Positions 16,602-29,549 are shown, numbered from the stretch's first letter. The stretch: DNA of 64,000 nt from Bacteroidetes bacterium HGW-Bacteroidetes-7 (GCA_002842465.1 PHDA01000013.1:3375-67374); one strand, 5' to 3'. The notes: generated by a model not told the origin, from the letters alone. A program made the numbers and translations.

Positions 16602-19600
16602 TTATTCCTCTTTTTTGCTTTTGAAAACTCTTTGATAATCGTCTCTTGATGTTACAATTATCTTTTCAAACTCTCTTGTACCGGTTCCGGCAGGGATAAG
16701 GTGTCCGCAGATTACATTCTCTTTTAGACCCTCTAGAGTGTCAGTTTTGCCGAATGTTGCTGCTTCACTAAGTACCTTGGTAGTCTCCTGGAACGATGCG
16801 GCCGACATAAAGCTGTTGGTACGCAAAGCTGCTCTGGTTATACCCTGAAGTATCTGGTTTGAGGTGGCAGGAACGGCATCTCGTGCCACAACTGTCTTGA
16901 GATCTCTTCTTTTTAGAGTAGAGTTCTCTTCGCGCAGTTTTCTTACCGTGATAATCATACCAGCCTTAAGCTCAAGTGAATCACCTGCATCAAGAATAAC
17001 TTTTTTATCATAAATGTTATCATTCTCTAGCATGAACTCCCATCTGTCAACAAGTTGTTCCGGAAGGAATCTGGTATCGCCCGGATCTACGATCTGAAGC
17101 TTACGCATCATCTGTCTTACAATAATCTCAAAGTGCTTGTCGTTGATCTTCACACCCTGCATTCTATAAACCTCCTGAACCTCGTTCACAATGTACTCCT
17201 GAACCCTGGTAGGGCCTTGAATAGCAAGTATATCGGTAGGTGAAATAGCTCCTTCTGATAGCGCCATACCTGCTCTTATGTAGTCGTTCTCCTGAACAAG
17301 TATCTGTTTTGAAAGCGGAACAAGGTAGCGTTTCTCTTCGCCGGTTTTAGATTTAATAATAATCTCGCGATTACCCCTTTTGATTTTGCCCATTAAAACC
17401 TCACCGTTTATCTCGGAAACAGTAGCAGGATTTGAAGGATTTCTTGCCTCAAAAAGTTCGGTAACCCTTGGCAGACCTCCCGTGATGTCACCGGATTTAC
17501 CGATTGCTCTTGGGATTTTTACCAGGATATCACCCGATTTAACCTTTTTACCATTTTCAACCATGATGTGGGCTCCCACCGGCAAGTTATACTGCCTTAG
17601 TTCGAGCTTGTTTTCATCAAGAATACGGATTGTAGGGTTCTTTGATTTATCGCGTGATTCAATAACAACCTTCTCTTTGTGAAGAGAATACTCGTCAGCT
17701 GCCTCTTCGCGGAATGTAACACCTTCGATAAGATTGTCAAATACAATTTTACCACCGGTTTCAGCAATCGTGATAGCGTTATAAGCATCCCATTCGCAAA
17801 TCTTGTCACCTTTTTTAACGGTATCATTATTTTTGAAGTATAGAGTTGCACCGTAAGGAACGTTGTGAGTAGAAAGTACGATTCCGGTATTGATATCCAC
17901 AATTTTCATCTCAGCTGTACGGCCGATTACAATTTCGGATTTCTCTCCATTCTCAAACTCTTTCAAGAGTGTTCTTAACTCTTCAAACTCAATCTTACCA
18001 TCATATCTTGCTACGATCTCATTTTCAGAAGCAATGTTTGATGCAGTACCACCGACGTGGAATGTACGGAGAGTAAGCTGAGTACCCGGCTCACCAATTG
18101 ACTGAGCAGCAATTACACCCACAACCTCTCCAATTTCAACCATCCTGCCGTTGGAAAGGTTTCTTCCGTAGCATTTGCTGCAGACTCCCTTCTTAGATTC
18201 GCAGGTTAACACCGAACGAATTTCAACATGTTCAATTGGTAATGATTCAATAAGAGTTGCAATCTCTTCGGTAATCTCCTCACCTGTATCGATAATTTTC
18301 TCCCCTGTTAGTGGATTGTAAATATCGTGAACAGTAGTCCTACCAAGGATTCTGTCGTAAAGTGATTCAACTATCTCGTCTTTATTCTTAATTGCTGTTG
18401 CAACAAGACCCCTTAATGTTCCGCAATCGTCCTCGTTAATGATGACATCATGCGATACATCCACAAGCCTTCTTGTAAGGTAACCGGCATCTGCTGTTTT
18501 AAGAGCGGTATCGGCAAGACCCTTTCTGGCACCGTGTGTAGAGATAAAGTACTCAAGAACCGATAGACCTTCTTTAAAGTTTGAAAGAATCGGGTTCTCG
18601 ATAATCTCTGCTGAGCTGGCTCCGGATTTCTGAGGCTTTGCCATCAGACCCCTCATTCCTGAGAGCTGACGTATCTGTTCCTTTGAACCCCTCGCACCTG
18701 AGTGAAGCATCATATAAACAGGATTGAAACCATCTCTGTCTGTTGCTATCCTCTTCTCAACTATGTTTGTCAGCTTAGAGTTGGTTGATGTCCAGATATC
18801 AATAATCTGATTATACCTCTCGTTGTTGGTTATAAGACCATTATTGTACGAGAACATAATATTCTCAACCTGCTTGTAACCATCTTCAATGAGACTTACC
18901 TTCTCTTCCGGAATAATCACATCTTCAAGGTTGAACGAAAGTCCCCCCTTGTAAGCCATCTGGAATCCAATCTCTTTAATATCATCAAGGAACTGAGCTG
19001 TTTTGGCAACTCCCGCAACCTTTAGTACATTACCGATAATGTCCCTTAAAGATTTTTTCGTTAGGATCTCATTAATGTAACCTACTTCTGGAGGAACAAC
19101 CTGATTGAACAGAATTCTACCTACAGTAGTATTTACAAGTGAGTAGCCTTTTGAATGATCAGTAAAGTCATTTGGTAATCTTACATCAATTTCGGCATGC
19201 AGAGCAACTCTTCCCTCGTTGTATCCGATAATTACCTCTTCGGGACCATAGAATTTAATTCCATGACCTTTAGCCTTTTGACGAGCTTTAGTTATGTAAT
19301 AGAGTCCGAGCACCATGTCCTGAGAAGGAACAGTGATAGGAGCTCCGTTGGCAGGATTCAGAATGTTGTGAGAGCCCAGCATTAATAGCTGTGCTTCAAG
19401 AATAGCAGCATTTCCCAATGGAAGGTGAACAGCCATCTGGTCACCGTCAAAGTCAGCGTTGAACGCTGTACAAGAGAGCGGGTGCAGCTGGATAGCTTTT
19501 CCTTCAATAAGTTTTGGCTGGAATGCTTGAATACCAAGACGGTGAAGAGTAGGGGCACGGTTAAGCATAACCGGGTGTCCTTTCATCACGTTCTCGAGTA

Positions 19601-20867
19601 TGTCCCAGATAACAGGATCTTTTCTGTCAACAATTTTTTTGGCAGACTTAACAGTCTTCACTATTCCTCTTTCAATAAGCTTGCGGATAACAAACGGCTT
19701 GAAGAGCTCGGCTGCCATATCTTTAGGAATACCACATTCGTGCATTTTAAGCTCAGGACCTACAACAATTACCGAACGAGCAGAGTAGTCAACCCTCTTA
19801 CCCAAAAGGTTTTGACGGAAACGACCCTGTTTTCCTTTAAGACTGTCTGACAGTGACTTAAGTGTGCGGTTTGCCTCGGTTTTTACGGCGTTTGACTTTC
19901 TTGAGTTATCGAACAGAGAGTCAACTGCCTCCTGCAGCATTCGTTTTTCATTTCGCAAAATTACCTCAGGAGCCTTGATCTCGATAAGTCTCTTTAGGCG
20001 GTTATTCCTTATGATTACCCTGCGGTAGAGGTCATTAAGGTCAGATGTTGCAAACCTTCCTCCGTCTAACGGAACCAAGGGGCGCAACTCCGGTGGAATA
20101 ACCGGAACTACCTTAAGAATCATCCATTCAGGCTTGTTTATCTCTTTAGACTCACGGAATGCTTCAACTACACTCAGTCTCTTTAGAGCCTCTGCCTTTC
20201 TCTGCTGAGAGGTTTCGGTCTCTGTTTTGTTTCTGAGATCGTATGAAAGCTGGTCAAGATCAATCCTGCTCAGCATTTTATAAATCGCTTCGGCACCCAT
20301 TCCGGCAATAAACTTATTAGGATCATTGTCGTCAAGCATTTGGTTTTCTCTTGGGAGAGAATCCAGAATATTTAAATATTCATCCTCTGTCAGGAAGTCA
20401 TGCTCCTTTACTCCGTCAACGGCTTTAGCGCCTGCCTGAATAACAATATATCTTTCATAATATACAATTGCTTCAAGTTTTTTTGATGGAATACCTAACA
20501 GATAACCAATCTTGTTTGGTGTGCTGCGGAAATACCAGATATGAGCCACAGGTACCGTGAGTGAGATGTGTCCCATTCTCTCTCTTCTTACCTTTTTCTC
20601 TGTCACCTCTACACCGCAACGGTCGCATATTATGCCTCTGTAGCGAATTCTTTTATACTTACCACAATGACATTCATAGTCTTTGTAAGGACCAAAGATC
20701 CTTTCGCAGAAGAGTCCGTCTCTTTCCGGTTTGTATGTTCTGTAGTTGACAGTTTCTGGCTTTAGTACTTCGCCGGAAGATCTCTCGAGGATCTCTTCGG
20801 GTGAGGCCAGACTTATGGTAATCTGATTGAAATTACTTTTTACCTTTATCTCTTTCTTTAAAGACAT
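16602..20867 (-). CDS. rpoC: DNA-directed RNA polymerase subunit beta'
   Basis: Unmistakable RpoC: zinc motif [20 protein letters not shown] and [12 protein letters not shown]. The listed ORF begins at a TTG at 20882. The ATG at 20867 ([13 protein letters not shown]...) matches typical Bacteroidetes N-termini. Confidence 0.97.
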   Translation of the reverse strand: MSLKKEIKVKSNFNQITISLASPEEILERSSGEVLKPETVNYRTYKPERDGLFCERIFGPYKDYECHCGKYKRIRYRGIICDRCGVEVTEKKVRRERMGHISLTVPVAHIWYFRSTPNKIGYLLGIPSKKLEAIVYYERYIVIQAGAKAVDGVKEHDFLTEDEYLNILDSLPRENQMLDDNDPNKFIAGMGAEAIYKMLSRIDLDQLSYDLRNKTETETSQQRKAEALKRLSVVEAFRESKEINKPEWMILKVVPVIPPELRPLVPLDGGRFATSDLNDLYRRVIIRNNRLKRLIEIKAPEVILRNEKRMLQEAVDSLFDNSRKSNAVKTEANRTLKSLSDSLKGKQGRFRQNLLGKRVDYSARSVIVVGPELKMHECGIPKDMAAELFKPFVIRKLIERGIVKTVKSAKKIVDRKDPVIWDILENVMKGHPVMLNRAPTLHRLGIQAFQPKLIEGKAIQLHPLSCTAFNADFDGDQMAVHLPLGNAAILEAQLLMLGSHNILNPANGAPITVPSQDMVLGLYYITKARQKAKGHGIKFYGPEEVIIGYNEGRVALHAEIDVRLPNDFTDHSKGYSLVNTTVGRILFNQVVPPEVGYINEILTKKSLRDIIGNVLKVAGVAKTAQFLDDIKEIGFQMAYKGGLSFNLEDVIIPEEKVSLIEDGYKQVENIMFSYNNGLITNNERYNQIIDIWTSTNSKLTNIVEKRIATDRDGFNPVYMMLHSGARGSKEQIRQLSGMRGLMAKPQKSGASSAEIIENPILSNFKEGLSVLEYFISTHGARKGLADTALKTADAGYLTRRLVDVSHDVIINEDDCGTLRGLVATAIKNKDEIVESLYDRILGRTTVHDIYNPLTGEKIIDTGEEITEEIATLIESLPIEHVEIRSVLTCESKKGVCSKCYGRNLSNGRMVEIGEVVGVIAAQSIGEPGTQLTLRTFHVGGTASNIASENEIVARYDGKIEFEELRTLLKEFENGEKSEIVIGRTAEMKIVDINTGIVLSTHNVPYGATLYFKNNDTVKKGDKICEWDAYNAITIAETGGKIVFDNLIEGVTFREEAADEYSLHKEKVVIESRDKSKNPTIRILDENKLELRQYNLPVGAHIMVENGKKVKSGDILVKIPRAIGKSGDITGGLPRVTELFEARNPSNPATVSEINGEVLMGKIKRGNREIIIKSKTGEEKRYLVPLSKQILVQENDYIRAGMALSEGAISPTDILAIQGPTRVQEYIVNEVQEVYRMQGVKINDKHFEIIVRQMMRKLQIVDPGDTRFLPEQLVDRWEFMLENDNIYDKKVILDAGDSLELKAGMIITVRKLREENSTLKRRDLKTVVARDAVPATSNQILQGITRAALRTNSFMSAASFQETTKVLSEAATFGKTDTLEGLKENVICGHLIPAGTGTREFEKIIVTSRDDYQRVFKSKKEE

Positions 20868-20906
20868 ATTATTCTGTTTCAAAGATTTGCAAATACTATT
20901 ATCAAA

Positions 20907-23900
20907 TTACTCCAGGTTTATGCTGAGTCCAAGACCACGAAGTTCGTGAAGCAACACATTAAGAGACTCAGGGATGCCGGGTTGCGGCATTGGATCTCCT
21001 TTAACTATTGCTTCGTAGGCACGAGACCTTCCAACTACATCATCTGATTTAATTGTTAGAATCTCCTGAAGAATATTGGCAGCACCAAATGCCTCAAGTG
21101 CCCAAACCTCCATCTCACCAAATCTCTGTCCTCCAAACTGAGCTTTACCTCCCAGAGGCTGTTGGGTTATGAGTGAGTAAGGTCCTATAGAACGGGCGTG
21201 CATCTTGTCGTCAACCATGTGACCGAGTTTTAGCATATATATTATACCAACTGTAGCCGGTTGATCAAACAGGTCACCTGTTCCGCCGTCACGAAGATAT
21301 GTTTTACCATATTTTGGAACTCCGGCGTTATCGGTATGCTGACATATTTCATCAAGGGTTGCTCCGTCAAAAATTGGAGTGCTAAAGCGTTGTTTTAGCT
21401 CTTTACCTGCCCATCCGAGAACAGTTTCATATATCTGACCCAGGTTCATACGAGATGGTACACCAAGAGGATTCAGTACTATATCTACTATAGAACCATC
21501 TTCAAGGAATGGCATATCTTCGTCTCTTACAACTTTGGCAACAATACCTTTGTTACCGTGACGACCCGCCATCTTGTCACCAACTCTAATCTTACGCTTC
21601 TTGGCAATGTAAACCTTAGCAAGCTGCATTATGCCTGTTGGTAGCTCATCACCGATTGTCAGATTGTATTTTATTCTCTTAAGTTCTGCATCAAACTCCT
21701 TATGAGCAATTAGATAATTGTTAATAAGCAGTTTAATTAGGTTATTGGTATTCTTATCTGTTGTCCATTTGGTAGGATTGATATTTTCATAATCAACCTT
21801 TTCCAGTACTTCATATTTGAAATCAATTCCCTTTTCAACAATCACAACACCATAAAGGTCAGATACCCCCTGAGAAACTTTGTTTGTCAGAAGTGCGAAG
21901 AGTCTTTCCAGGAAGTTAAGTCTAAGCTGACCTGCTTTTCTGGCAAAATTCTCTTCGGCATGTTGAATCTGGTTTTTGGAAACAGATTTGCCCTTTTTAT
22001 TGTTCTCCTTTGCAACTCTTGAGAACAACCTTTTGTCAATGATTGTTCCTCTGAGTGAAGGGGATGCTTTAAGTGAGGCATCTTTTACATCACCGGCCTT
22101 GTCACCGAAGATTGCTCTTAAAAGCTTCTCTTCAGGAGAAGGATCGCTCTCTCCTTTAGGTGTGATTTTACCAATAAGAATGTCACCTGGTTCGATGTTG
22201 GCGCCTATTCTTATGATACCATTCTCGTCAAGATCTTTAGTGGCCTCTTCACTTACGTTAGGAATATCAGCTGTAAGCTCTTCCATTCCTCTCTTAGTGT
22301 CACGAACCTCCATGGTGTATTCATCAACGTGAATTGATGTGAATACATCTTCTCTAAGTAGTCTCTCAGAAATCACAATAGCATCCTCAAAGTTGTAGCC
22401 TTTCCAAGGCATAAATGCAACCTTAAGATTTCGCCCCAATGCCAGTTCACCCTTCTCTGTTCCGTAACCTTCAGTAAGAATCTTGCCTTCGGTAACCTTT
22501 TCACCCTTTCTTACAATTGGGTTAAGAGTAATTGATGTATTCTGGTTGGTTTTTCTGTATAGTGGTAATTTATATACTGTAATTTCAGGGTCGAAGCTTA
22601 CAAAACGCTCGTTTTCGGTCATCTCATACTTAATATGAATCTCCCTTGCGTCAACGTAAACAACTTCACCTTTACCTCTTGCAGTTATCTGAGTCCTTGA
22701 ATCCTGAACAACAGGACCCTCAAGACCGGTGCCTACAATCGGAGCCTCAGGCCTGATAAGCGGAACTGCCTGGCGCATCATATTTGAACCCATCAAAGCA
22801 CGGTTTGCGTCATCATGCTCAAGGAAAGGAATCAGTGAAGCTGCAATTGAAGCAATTTGATTTGGAGCAACATCCACAAGGTGAACGTCTTCTTTGCCTA
22901 CAACAGGATAGTCTGCTTCGAAACGACACTTGATCCTTTCGTCAGTCATCATTCCATTTTCGTCAATATGAACGTTTGCCTGAGCAACCATCTTCTCCTC
23001 TTCCTCCTCGGCGCTCATATAAACGATTCCCTTAAGGGTCATATCAACTTTGCCCTCTTCTACCTTTCTGTAAGGAGTTTCGATGAATCCAAGTTCGTTA
23101 ATCCTGGCGTAAACACACAGTGAAGATATCAGACCGATGTTTGGACCCTCAGGTGTCTCGATTGGGCAGAGACGGCCGTAGTGAGTATAGTGAACGTCAC
23201 GAACCTCAAAACCGGCTCTGTCTCGTGAGAGACCTCCTGGACCCAATGCCGAAAGACGACGCTTGTGAGTCATCTCAGCCAATGGGTTTGTCTGATCCAT
23301 GAATTGAGAAAGCTGACTTGTTCCAAAGAATGAATTAATTACCGAAGAGAGTGTCTTGGCATTAATCAGGTCAATAGGGGTAAACACCTCATTGTCCCTT
23401 ACATTCATCCTCTCACGAATAGTTCTTGCCATTCTTGAAAGACCAACACTGAATTGATTTGCAAGTTGCTCACCAACTGTTCTGATACGACGGTTACTAA
23501 GGTGGTCAATATCGTCAACAATTGCCTTAGAGTTAATAAGCTGAATAAGGTAACGAATAATCTCGATAATATCCTGTTTTGTAAGAACTCTTGTTTCCTC
23601 AGGTATATTTATGTTGAGTTTATGGTTAAGCCTGTATCTTCCAACCTCTCCAAGGTCGTATCTCTTATCTGAGAAGAAGAGCTTGTCAATTACATCCCTT
23701 GCAGTAGCCTCATCTGGTGGTTCTGAGTTACGTAACTGGCGGTAAGTGTAAAAGACAGCCTCTTTTTCGGAGTTACACTGGTCTTTTTGTAACGTATTAT
23801 GTATAATAGCGAAGTCATTGAAGTTTGCATCTTCTTTGTGAACAAGTATTGTACTTACCTCTGATTCCAGAATAAGATCAATATGGTGCTCTTCGATGAT

Positions 23901-24725
23901 GGTCTCTCTATCAATAACTATTTCGTTTCTTTCAATGTATACAACCTCTCCTGTGTCCTCATCAACGAAATCTTCGTTCCATGTTTTGAGAACCCTGGCG
24001 GCAAGTTTATTGCCAACACATTTTTTGAGACTGCTTTTGTTGACCTTGATCTCATTTGCAAGGCCGAATATATCAAGGATGTCCTTATCACTCTCGTATC
24101 CTATTGCTCTAAGGAGAGTGGTAACGGGTAACTTTTTCTTTCTGTCGATATATGCATACATCACATTGTTGATGTCTGTTGCAAACTCGATCCAGGACCC
24201 TTTGAAAGGGATTATTCTTGCAGAATATAACTTTGTTCCGTTTGCGTGCAGACTCTGTCCGAAAAATACTCCCGGAGATCGGTGCAGCTGAGAAACAACA
24301 ATTCTTTCAGATCCGTTTATTACAAATGTACCCCTTGGTGTCATGTACGGAATTGTTCCCAGATATACATCCTGTATAACTGTGTCAAAATCCTCATGTT
24401 CAGGGTCTGTGCAATAAAGTTTTAATTTTGCTTTGAGAGGAACGCTGTATGTTAAACCTCTGTCAAGACACTCCTCGATTGTGTAACGAGGTGGGTCGAT
24501 AAAGTAGTCTATGAATTCAAGGACAAAATTGTTACGGGTGTCCGTAATTGGGAATATTTCCTGGAAAACCTTGTAAAGTCCTTCGTTTTCACGATTTTCT
24601 GGTGTCGTCTCAAGCTGGAAGAAGTCTTTGAAAGACTTCAGCTGTACCTCTAAAAAATCCGGATAATCAAGAAGGGATTTAGAAGTAGCGAATGTAATTC
24701 GCTGATTAATTGTTTTTTGCGACAT
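20907..24725 (-). CDS. rpoB: DNA-directed RNA polymerase subunit beta
   Basis: 1272 aa with canonical RpoB blocks: [41 protein letters not shown]. Confidence 0.98.
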   Translation of the reverse strand: MSQKTINQRITFATSKSLLDYPDFLEVQLKSFKDFFQLETTPENRENEGLYKVFQEIFPITDTRNNFVLEFIDYFIDPPRYTIEECLDRGLTYSVPLKAKLKLYCTDPEHEDFDTVIQDVYLGTIPYMTPRGTFVINGSERIVVSQLHRSPGVFFGQSLHANGTKLYSARIIPFKGSWIEFATDINNVMYAYIDRKKKLPVTTLLRAIGYESDKDILDIFGLANEIKVNKSSLKKCVGNKLAARVLKTWNEDFVDEDTGEVVYIERNEIVIDRETIIEEHHIDLILESEVSTILVHKEDANFNDFAIIHNTLQKDQCNSEKEAVFYTYRQLRNSEPPDEATARDVIDKLFFSDKRYDLGEVGRYRLNHKLNINIPEETRVLTKQDIIEIIRYLIQLINSKAIVDDIDHLSNRRIRTVGEQLANQFSVGLSRMARTIRERMNVRDNEVFTPIDLINAKTLSSVINSFFGTSQLSQFMDQTNPLAEMTHKRRLSALGPGGLSRDRAGFEVRDVHYTHYGRLCPIETPEGPNIGLISSLCVYARINELGFIETPYRKVEEGKVDMTLKGIVYMSAEEEEEKMVAQANVHIDENGMMTDERIKCRFEADYPVVGKEDVHLVDVAPNQIASIAASLIPFLEHDDANRALMGSNMMRQAVPLIRPEAPIVGTGLEGPVVQDSRTQITARGKGEVVYVDAREIHIKYEMTENERFVSFDPEITVYKLPLYRKTNQNTSITLNPIVRKGEKVTEGKILTEGYGTEKGELALGRNLKVAFMPWKGYNFEDAIVISERLLREDVFTSIHVDEYTMEVRDTKRGMEELTADIPNVSEEATKDLDENGIIRIGANIEPGDILIGKITPKGESDPSPEEKLLRAIFGDKAGDVKDASLKASPSLRGTIIDKRLFSRVAKENNKKGKSVSKNQIQHAEENFARKAGQLRLNFLERLFALLTNKVSQGVSDLYGVVIVEKGIDFKYEVLEKVDYENINPTKWTTDKNTNNLIKLLINNYLIAHKEFDAELKRIKYNLTIGDELPTGIMQLAKVYIAKKRKIRVGDKMAGRHGNKGIVAKVVRDEDMPFLEDGSIVDIVLNPLGVPSRMNLGQIYETVLGWAGKELKQRFSTPIFDGATLDEICQHTDNAGVPKYGKTYLRDGGTGDLFDQPATVGIIYMLKLGHMVDDKMHARSIGPYSLITQQPLGGKAQFGGQRFGEMEVWALEAFGAANILQEILTIKSDDVVGRSRAYEAIVKGDPMPQPGIPESLNVLLHELRGLGLSINLE

Positions 24726-24767
24726 TGTATTCGGGTTAGTTGAAAATATATTAAAATAACGACAAAA

Positions 24768-24798
24768 AGGTTTAGAGCCTTTTAATGACTCTAAACCT
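24768..24798 (-). terminator. Stem-loop plus short U-tract between rplL and rpoB (probable partial terminator/attenuator)
   Basis: On the - strand: AGGTTTAGAG-11 nt-CTCTAAACCT followed by TTTTG. The position matches the known rplL-rpoB attenuator of other bacteria. Confidence 0.5.
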
Positions 24799-24829
24799 GA
24801 TGGTGTTCCCCGATCAACGGGTTGTGGAG

Positions 24830-25204
24830 TTATTTAATTTCAACTTCTCCGCCCGCCTCTTCTATTTGCGATTTAACTTGTTCTGCTTCGGCTTTAGAAA
24901 CTTTTTCCTTGATAGCTTTAGGAGCAGCGTCCACTAAATCTTTAGCCTCTTTAAGACCAAGACCTGTAAGCTCTTTAACAACTTTTACTATCTGGAGTTT
25001 AGCTTGTCCTGCTGATATAAGAACTACATCAAACTGAGTTTGCTCAACTTCGGCAGCTGCACCGGCAGCGGCAGGAGCAGCAATAGCAACAGCTGCAGCA
25101 GCTGGTTCAATTCCATACTCGTCTTTAAGAATTTTTGCTAATTCTTGAACCTCTTTAACAGACAGGTTTACTAATTCTTCTGCAAATTTTTTGATATCTG
25201 CCAT
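24830..25204 (-). CDS. rplL: 50S ribosomal protein L7/L12
   Basis: 124 aa with an Ala-rich hinge ([17 protein letters not shown]) and the C-terminal LKEAKDLVD block. Confidence 0.97.
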   Translation of the reverse strand: MADIKKFAEELVNLSVKEVQELAKILKDEYGIEPAAAAVAIAAPAAAGAAAEVEQTQFDVVLISAGQAKLQIVKVVKELTGLGLKEAKDLVDAAPKAIKEKVSKAEAEQVKSQIEEAGGEVEIK

Positions 25205-25237
25205 GATTATATTTGTTTTTAAAATGATTAATTTCTG

Positions 25238-25762
25238 TTACTCTTTTTCTGAAAGGGTCTTTACAATTCCTGCAATCTTACCGCCACCGCTTGATGTAAG
25301 GGCAGAGATAACATTTTGTACAGGTGATTGAAGTAGACCAATTATGTCACCGATGAGTTCATCGCGAGACTTAATTGAAATCAGTGCTTCAAGTTGGTTC
25401 TCACCAACATATGCGCACTCTTGTACCAGCGCTCCCTTAAGAACAGGTTTCCCATGCTCTTTACCGAACTCTTTAATAAGTTTGGCAGGGATGTTCACTA
25501 CTTCTGTGAACATAACTGCTGTAGGGCCTTCCAGTATTGGAAACAGAGCCTCTGAGTCTGTTAGTGCTGTCTTCTCAAGAGCCTTACGAAGTAAAGTATT
25601 CTTTACAACCATAAGTTTGATCTCTTTCTCGAAGCATGCACGACGCAGCTTTGCAGTTTTTTCGGCATTTAGCCCTGATATATCTGCAATGTAGAAATTT
25701 GGAGTTTTCTCCAACTGTGCCGCCAGACTTTCAATAATTTGTGTTTTTTCGTCTTTTTTCAT
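25238..25762 (-). CDS. rplJ: 50S ribosomal protein L10
   Basis: 174 aa, located between rplA and rplL, with L10-like sequence. Confidence 0.93.
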   Translation of the reverse strand: MKKDEKTQIIESLAAQLEKTPNFYIADISGLNAEKTAKLRRACFEKEIKLMVVKNTLLRKALEKTALTDSEALFPILEGPTAVMFTEVVNIPAKLIKEFGKEHGKPVLKGALVQECAYVGENQLEALISIKSRDELIGDIIGLLQSPVQNVISALTSSGGGKIAGIVKTLSEKE

Positions 25763-25777
25763 AAAATAGTAGTTATT

Positions 25778-26479
25778 TTATTCAGCAGCACTAAAAGTCT
25801 TGCTATCTACATTAATACCCGGACTCATAGTAGATGAAAGGAATATGCTCTTAACGTAGGTACCTTTTAGCGCCTGAGGTTTCAGTTTAATAACTGTATT
25901 CAGGAATTCAAGTGCGTTCTCAGTGAGTTGCTCAGGAGAGAATGACGCTTTACCTATAGAAGAGTGAACTATACCTTGTTTATCTACTTTAAAATCGATC
26001 TTACCGGCTTTAACCTCATTAACAGCCTTACCAACCTCCATTGTAACAGTACCTGTTTTTGGATTAGGCATCAGACCTCTTGGACCGAGGATACGGCCAA
26101 TAGCACCAATTTTTGCCATAACGGATGGAGTACAGATGATAACATCTATATCTGTCCAGCCATTTTTGATCTTCTCGATGTATTCATCAAGTCCAACAAA
26201 TTCTGCTCCGGCAGCTGTAGCCTCGGCCTCTTTATCGGGAGTACACAGTACCAGTACACGGACTGTTTTACCTGTTCCATGCGGAAGAGTCACAACGCCG
26301 CGCACCATCTGGTTCGCTTTACGAGGGTCAACTCCAAGACGAACAGCAAGATCAACAGAGGAATCAAACTTTGTAAAAGAGATCTCTTTTACCAGCTTGC
26401 AAGCCTCTGAAAGTTTATACTGCTTATCAGGATCAACCTTAGCGTATACTATTTTTTGATTTTTTGTTAGCTTACTCAT
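25778..26479 (-). CDS. rplA: 50S ribosomal protein L1
   Basis: 233 aa with the blocks [15 protein letters not shown] and [14 protein letters not shown]. Confidence 0.96.
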   Translation of the reverse strand: MSKLTKNQKIVYAKVDPDKQYKLSEACKLVKEISFTKFDSSVDLAVRLGVDPRKANQMVRGVVTLPHGTGKTVRVLVLCTPDKEAEATAAGAEFVGLDEYIEKIKNGWTDIDVIICTPSVMAKIGAIGRILGPRGLMPNPKTGTVTMEVGKAVNEVKAGKIDFKVDKQGIVHSSIGKASFSPEQLTENALEFLNTVIKLKPQALKGTYVKSIFLSSTMSPGINVDSKTFSAAE

Positions 26480-26495
26480 TATCGCAGGATTTAAT

Positions 26496-26942
26496 CTAAT
26501 TTACATCATCAGGGAAATTCCCTGACACAGTTATACCCATACTTCTTGCAGTTCCAGCCACCATTGTCATTGCTGACTTAAGTGTGAATGCATTCATATC
26601 AGGCATTTTATCTGTTGCAATTGCGCGGATTTGTTCCCAATTCACAGAGCCTACTTTTTTACGGTTAGGTTCTGCTGAACCTGACTGTAACTTCGCAGCC
26701 TCTTTTAACTGGACGGCCACTGGTGGTTGCTTTACGATAAAAGTAAATGACTTATCGCTGTAAACGGTGATAATAACCGGTAATATCTTACCGGCCCTAT
26801 CCTGGGTGCGAGCATTAAACTGCTTGCAAAAATCCATTATGTTTACACCCTTTGAACCAAGTGCCGGGCCTACCGGAGGTGAGGGATTGGCTGCTCCGCC
26901 TTTGATCTGCAATTTTATGAGAGCGGCAATTTCTTTAGCCAT
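26496..26942 (-). CDS. rplK: 50S ribosomal protein L11
   Basis: 148 aa with [22 protein letters not shown], the L11 signature. Confidence 0.97.
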   Translation of the reverse strand: MAKEIAALIKLQIKGGAANPSPPVGPALGSKGVNIMDFCKQFNARTQDRAGKILPVIITVYSDKSFTFIVKQPPVAVQLKEAAKLQSGSAEPNRKKVGSVNWEQIRAIATDKMPDMNAFTLKSAMTMVAGTARSMGITVSGNFPDDVN

Positions 26943-26955
26943 AATGATTATTTAT

Positions 26956-27510
26956 TTATTCTTTAATTACTTGAACAAAATTCAACTCCAGGAGTGTCTT
27001 CCTTCCAAAAATTTTAACCATTACCTTGAGCTTCTTCTTGTCTTCAAGAATCTCCTCAACCGCTCCATCAAAACCGTTGAACGGACCATCGATTACCTTT
27101 ACAGGCTCACCGATGATAAATGGTGTAATGTTCTCCTCCTCCATGTCAGCCAACTCATCAACACGGCCAAGGATTCTGTTCACCTCCGACTGGCGGAGTG
27201 GAACCGGCTCTTTGTCTTTACCCGATTTTTCTGTGAGAAAACCTGAAACATGAGGAAGATTACGGATAAGATGCTGTATCTCTCCGGTCAAGGCTGCCTC
27301 AATAAGGATGTATCCGGGGTAGAAAATCCTCTCCATACTGACTTTTTTACCATTTTTAACCTGGTAAATCTTTTCAGTAGGGATAAGAACCTGGGAAACA
27401 AAGTCATCGAGGCCCAATCTCTTGATCTCGTTTTCTATGTATTCTTTGGCTTTCTTTTCCTTGCCGCCGGCTGCCCTTACGACATACCACTTTTTGGAAA
27501 TTTCACTCAT
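26956..27510 (-). CDS. nusG: Transcription termination/antitermination factor NusG
   Basis: KWYVVRAAGGKEKK NGN domain and a KOW motif (GEPVKVIDGPFNGFDGAVEEI). Located between secE and rplK. Confidence 0.96.
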   Translation of the reverse strand: MSEISKKWYVVRAAGGKEKKAKEYIENEIKRLGLDDFVSQVLIPTEKIYQVKNGKKVSMERIFYPGYILIEAALTGEIQHLIRNLPHVSGFLTEKSGKDKEPVPLRQSEVNRILGRVDELADMEEENITPFIIGEPVKVIDGPFNGFDGAVEEILEDKKKLKVMVKIFGRKTLLELNFVQVIKE

Positions 27511-27516
27511 AAAAAT

Positions 27517-27711
27517 TTAGTACAACATGTTGTAAATAAAAGTCATAATGTTTCTGAACCCAAAGTCCATTGCAAAAATGACCAAAGCGAAAATCAGAGA
27601 GGCAATCATTACTACGATTGCCGAATTCTGAAGCTGAGACCAAGTTGGCCAGCTCACCTTTTTTACTAACTCAGTGTACGATTCCTGGAAGTACAATCTA
27701 ATCTTGTTCAT
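27517..27711 (-). CDS. secE: Preprotein translocase subunit SecE
   Basis: 64 aa, single TM helix, containing the VSWPTW motif. Conserved position upstream of nusG. Confidence 0.9.
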   Translation of the reverse strand: MNKIRLYFQESYTELVKKVSWPTWSQLQNSAIVVMIASLIFALVIFAMDFGFRNIMTFIYNMLY

Positions 27712-27794
27712 CTTTATATGATTGCGGTCTTTAACATTGGAAGCTGTTGTTCTGACCGGTTACTATTAACTCCGACACGTAACTGTCGTTGTTG

Positions 27795-27865
27795 CAGGGG
27801 CAGAGAGATTCGAACTCCCATCAACGGTTTTGGAGACCGCTATTCTACCCTTGAACTATGCCCCT
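27795..27865 (-). tRNA. tRNA-Trp (anticodon CCA)
   Basis: Folded by hand into a 71-nt cloverleaf: acceptor AGGGGCA/TGCCCCT, anticodon loop CTCCAAA, T-loop TTCGAAT. CCA is not encoded. Confidence 0.9.
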
Positions 27866-27878
27866 TTATAATTATAAC

Positions 27879-27907
27879 AGGTTAGTCACCTTTTGGGTGA
27901 CTAACCT
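27879..27907 (-). other. Perfect 12-bp stem-loop between tuf and tRNA-Trp (processing site or weak terminator)
   Basis: AGGTTAGTCACC-5 nt-GGTGACTAACCT. No clean U-tract follows on the - strand. Confidence 0.5.
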
Positions 27908-27922
27908 GATCTATTAATCTGA

Positions 27923-29110
27923 TTAGTCGACGATCTCAGTTACCTGACCGGCACCAACTGTACGTCCACCTTCGCGGATAGCGAAACGAAGACCTTGGTT
28001 GATAGCAACAGGGTAGATCAATTCAACAGTAATTGTAACGTTATCACCCGGCATTACCATCTCTGTTCCTTCAGGAAGCATAATCTCTCCTGTGATATCC
28101 AGTGTACGGATAAAGAACTGAGGACGGTATCTGTTGTGGAATGGAGTGTGACGTCCACCTTCATCTTTCTTAAGAACGTAGATCTCAGCTTTGAACTTGG
28201 TGTGAGGAGTAATTGTGTTTGGTTTTGCAATTACCTGACCACGCTTGATCTCTTTCTTGTCGATACCACGAAGAAGAAGACCTACGTTATCACCTGCTTC
28301 ACCTCTGTCAAGAATCTTACGGAACATCTCAACTCCTGTACAAGTAGATTTCTTTGGCTCTTCACCAAGACCGATAATCTGAACCTCTTCTCCGGTTTTG
28401 ATAACACCTGTCTCGATACGACCTGTAGCTACTGTTCCACGACCTGTGATTGAGAATACATCCTCAACAGGCATAAGGAAAGGTTTTTCATTTTCACGAG
28501 GAGGAATTGGAATGTACTCGTCAACATATTTCATAAGTTCTACAACTTTATCTTCCCACTGAGGGTCACCGTTAAGTGCACCTAGAGCAGAACCGCGAAC
28601 AACAGGAGCGTTATCGCCGTCAAATTTGTAGAAGCTAAGAAGTTCACGAACCTCCATTTCAACGAGGTCAATCATCTCAGGATCATCAACAATGTCAACT
28701 TTATTAAGGAATACCACAATCTTAGGTACGTTCACCTGACGTGCAAGCAGGATGTGCTCGCGTGTCTGAGGCATAGGACCATCAGTTGCAGCAACCACAA
28801 GAATAGCACCGTCCATCTGAGCAGCACCAGTAACCATGTTTTTAACGTAGTCGGCGTGACCAGGGCAGTCAACGTGAGCATAGTGACGATTTTCTGTCTG
28901 ATACTCTACGTGAGCAGTGTTAATAGTAATACCACGCTCTTTTTCTTCAGGAGCGTTATCGATAGAGTCAAATGAACGAATTTCAGATAGACCCTTTCTT
29001 GCCAGTACCATAGTGATAGCCGCAGTCAAAGTAGTTTTACCATGGTCAACGTGACCGATGGTTCCGACGTTTACGTGTGGCTTGTCCCTTTTATAAGTTT
29101 CTTTTGCCAT
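27923..29110 (-). CDS. tuf: Elongation factor Tu
   Basis: 395 aa with [22 protein letters not shown] and the rest of the canonical EF-Tu sequence. Confidence 0.99.
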   Translation of the reverse strand: MAKETYKRDKPHVNVGTIGHVDHGKTTLTAAITMVLARKGLSEIRSFDSIDNAPEEKERGITINTAHVEYQTENRHYAHVDCPGHADYVKNMVTGAAQMDGAILVVAATDGPMPQTREHILLARQVNVPKIVVFLNKVDIVDDPEMIDLVEMEVRELLSFYKFDGDNAPVVRGSALGALNGDPQWEDKVVELMKYVDEYIPIPPRENEKPFLMPVEDVFSITGRGTVATGRIETGVIKTGEEVQIIGLGEEPKKSTCTGVEMFRKILDRGEAGDNVGLLLRGIDKKEIKRGQVIAKPNTITPHTKFKAEIYVLKKDEGGRHTPFHNRYRPQFFIRTLDITGEIMLPEGTEMVMPGDNVTITVELIYPVAINQGLRFAIREGGRTVGAGQVTEIVD

Positions 29111-29157
29111 AATGATTGAATTTTTAAATATAATTTAACTTTTTTACACACTTGTAG

Positions 29158-29229
29158 AGCCGGTGACGGGAATTGAACCCGTGACCTCTTCCTTACCAAG
29201 GAAGCGCTCTACCTCTGAGCTACACTGGC
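29158..29229 (-). tRNA. tRNA-Thr (anticodon GGT)
   Basis: 72-nt cloverleaf folded by hand. Anticodon stem CTTCC/GGAAG, loop TTGGTAA, T-loop TTCAATT. The acceptor stem has one A4.C69 mismatch. Confidence 0.88.
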
Positions 29230-29238
29230 TTACTATAG

Positions 29239-29311
29239 AGCGGAAGACGAGGTTCGAACTCGCGACCCTCAGCTTGGAAGGCTGATGCTCTACCAACTGA
29301 GCTACTTCCGC
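29239..29311 (-). tRNA. tRNA-Gly (anticodon TCC)
   Basis: 73-nt cloverleaf: acceptor GCGGAAG/CTTCCGC, anticodon loop CTTCCAA, T-loop TTCGAAC. Confidence 0.9.
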
Positions 29312-29326
29312 GATAAATAATAAAAG

Positions 29327-29409
29327 TGGGGAGAGCAGGATTCGAACCTACGAAGGCGTACGCCAGCAGATTTACAGTCTGCCCCAGTTGGCCACTTTGG
29401 TATCTCCCC
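29327..29409 (-). tRNA. tRNA-Tyr (anticodon GTA), long variable arm
   Basis: 83 nt: acceptor GGGGAGA/TCTCCCC, anticodon loop CTGTAAA, class II variable arm, T-loop TTCGAAT. Confidence 0.9.
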
Positions 29410-29439
29410 ATAATGAATAATTTCAAAAAACTTTTTTCG

Positions 29440-29513
29440 AGCCGATGGAGGGATTCGAACCCCCGACCAGCTGATTACAAATCAGCTGCTCTGGCCAACT
29501 GAGCTACATCGGC
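29440..29513 (-). tRNA. tRNA-Thr (anticodon TGT)
   Basis: 74 nt: acceptor GCCGATG/CATCGGC, anticodon loop TTTGTAA, T-loop TTCGAAT. Confidence 0.9.
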
Positions 29514-29549
29514 GTTATGTCAATATTCCCCTCCGCGTTTTGGGGACTG

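Noticed and set aside
16602-27510. Numerous 60-160-aa antisense or out-of-frame ORFs within rpoC, rpoB, rplA, rplK and nusG, for example 19425-19850, 23896-24291, 25964-26410, 26767-27246.
   Set aside because: They are embedded in highly conserved, strongly codon-biased genes. None has a promoter box, a signal sequence or a recognisable domain.
29220-29426. 68-aa ORF on the - strand.
   Set aside because: It lies entirely over tRNA-Gly and tRNA-Tyr and part of tRNA-Thr, so it is a translation of structured RNA genes.
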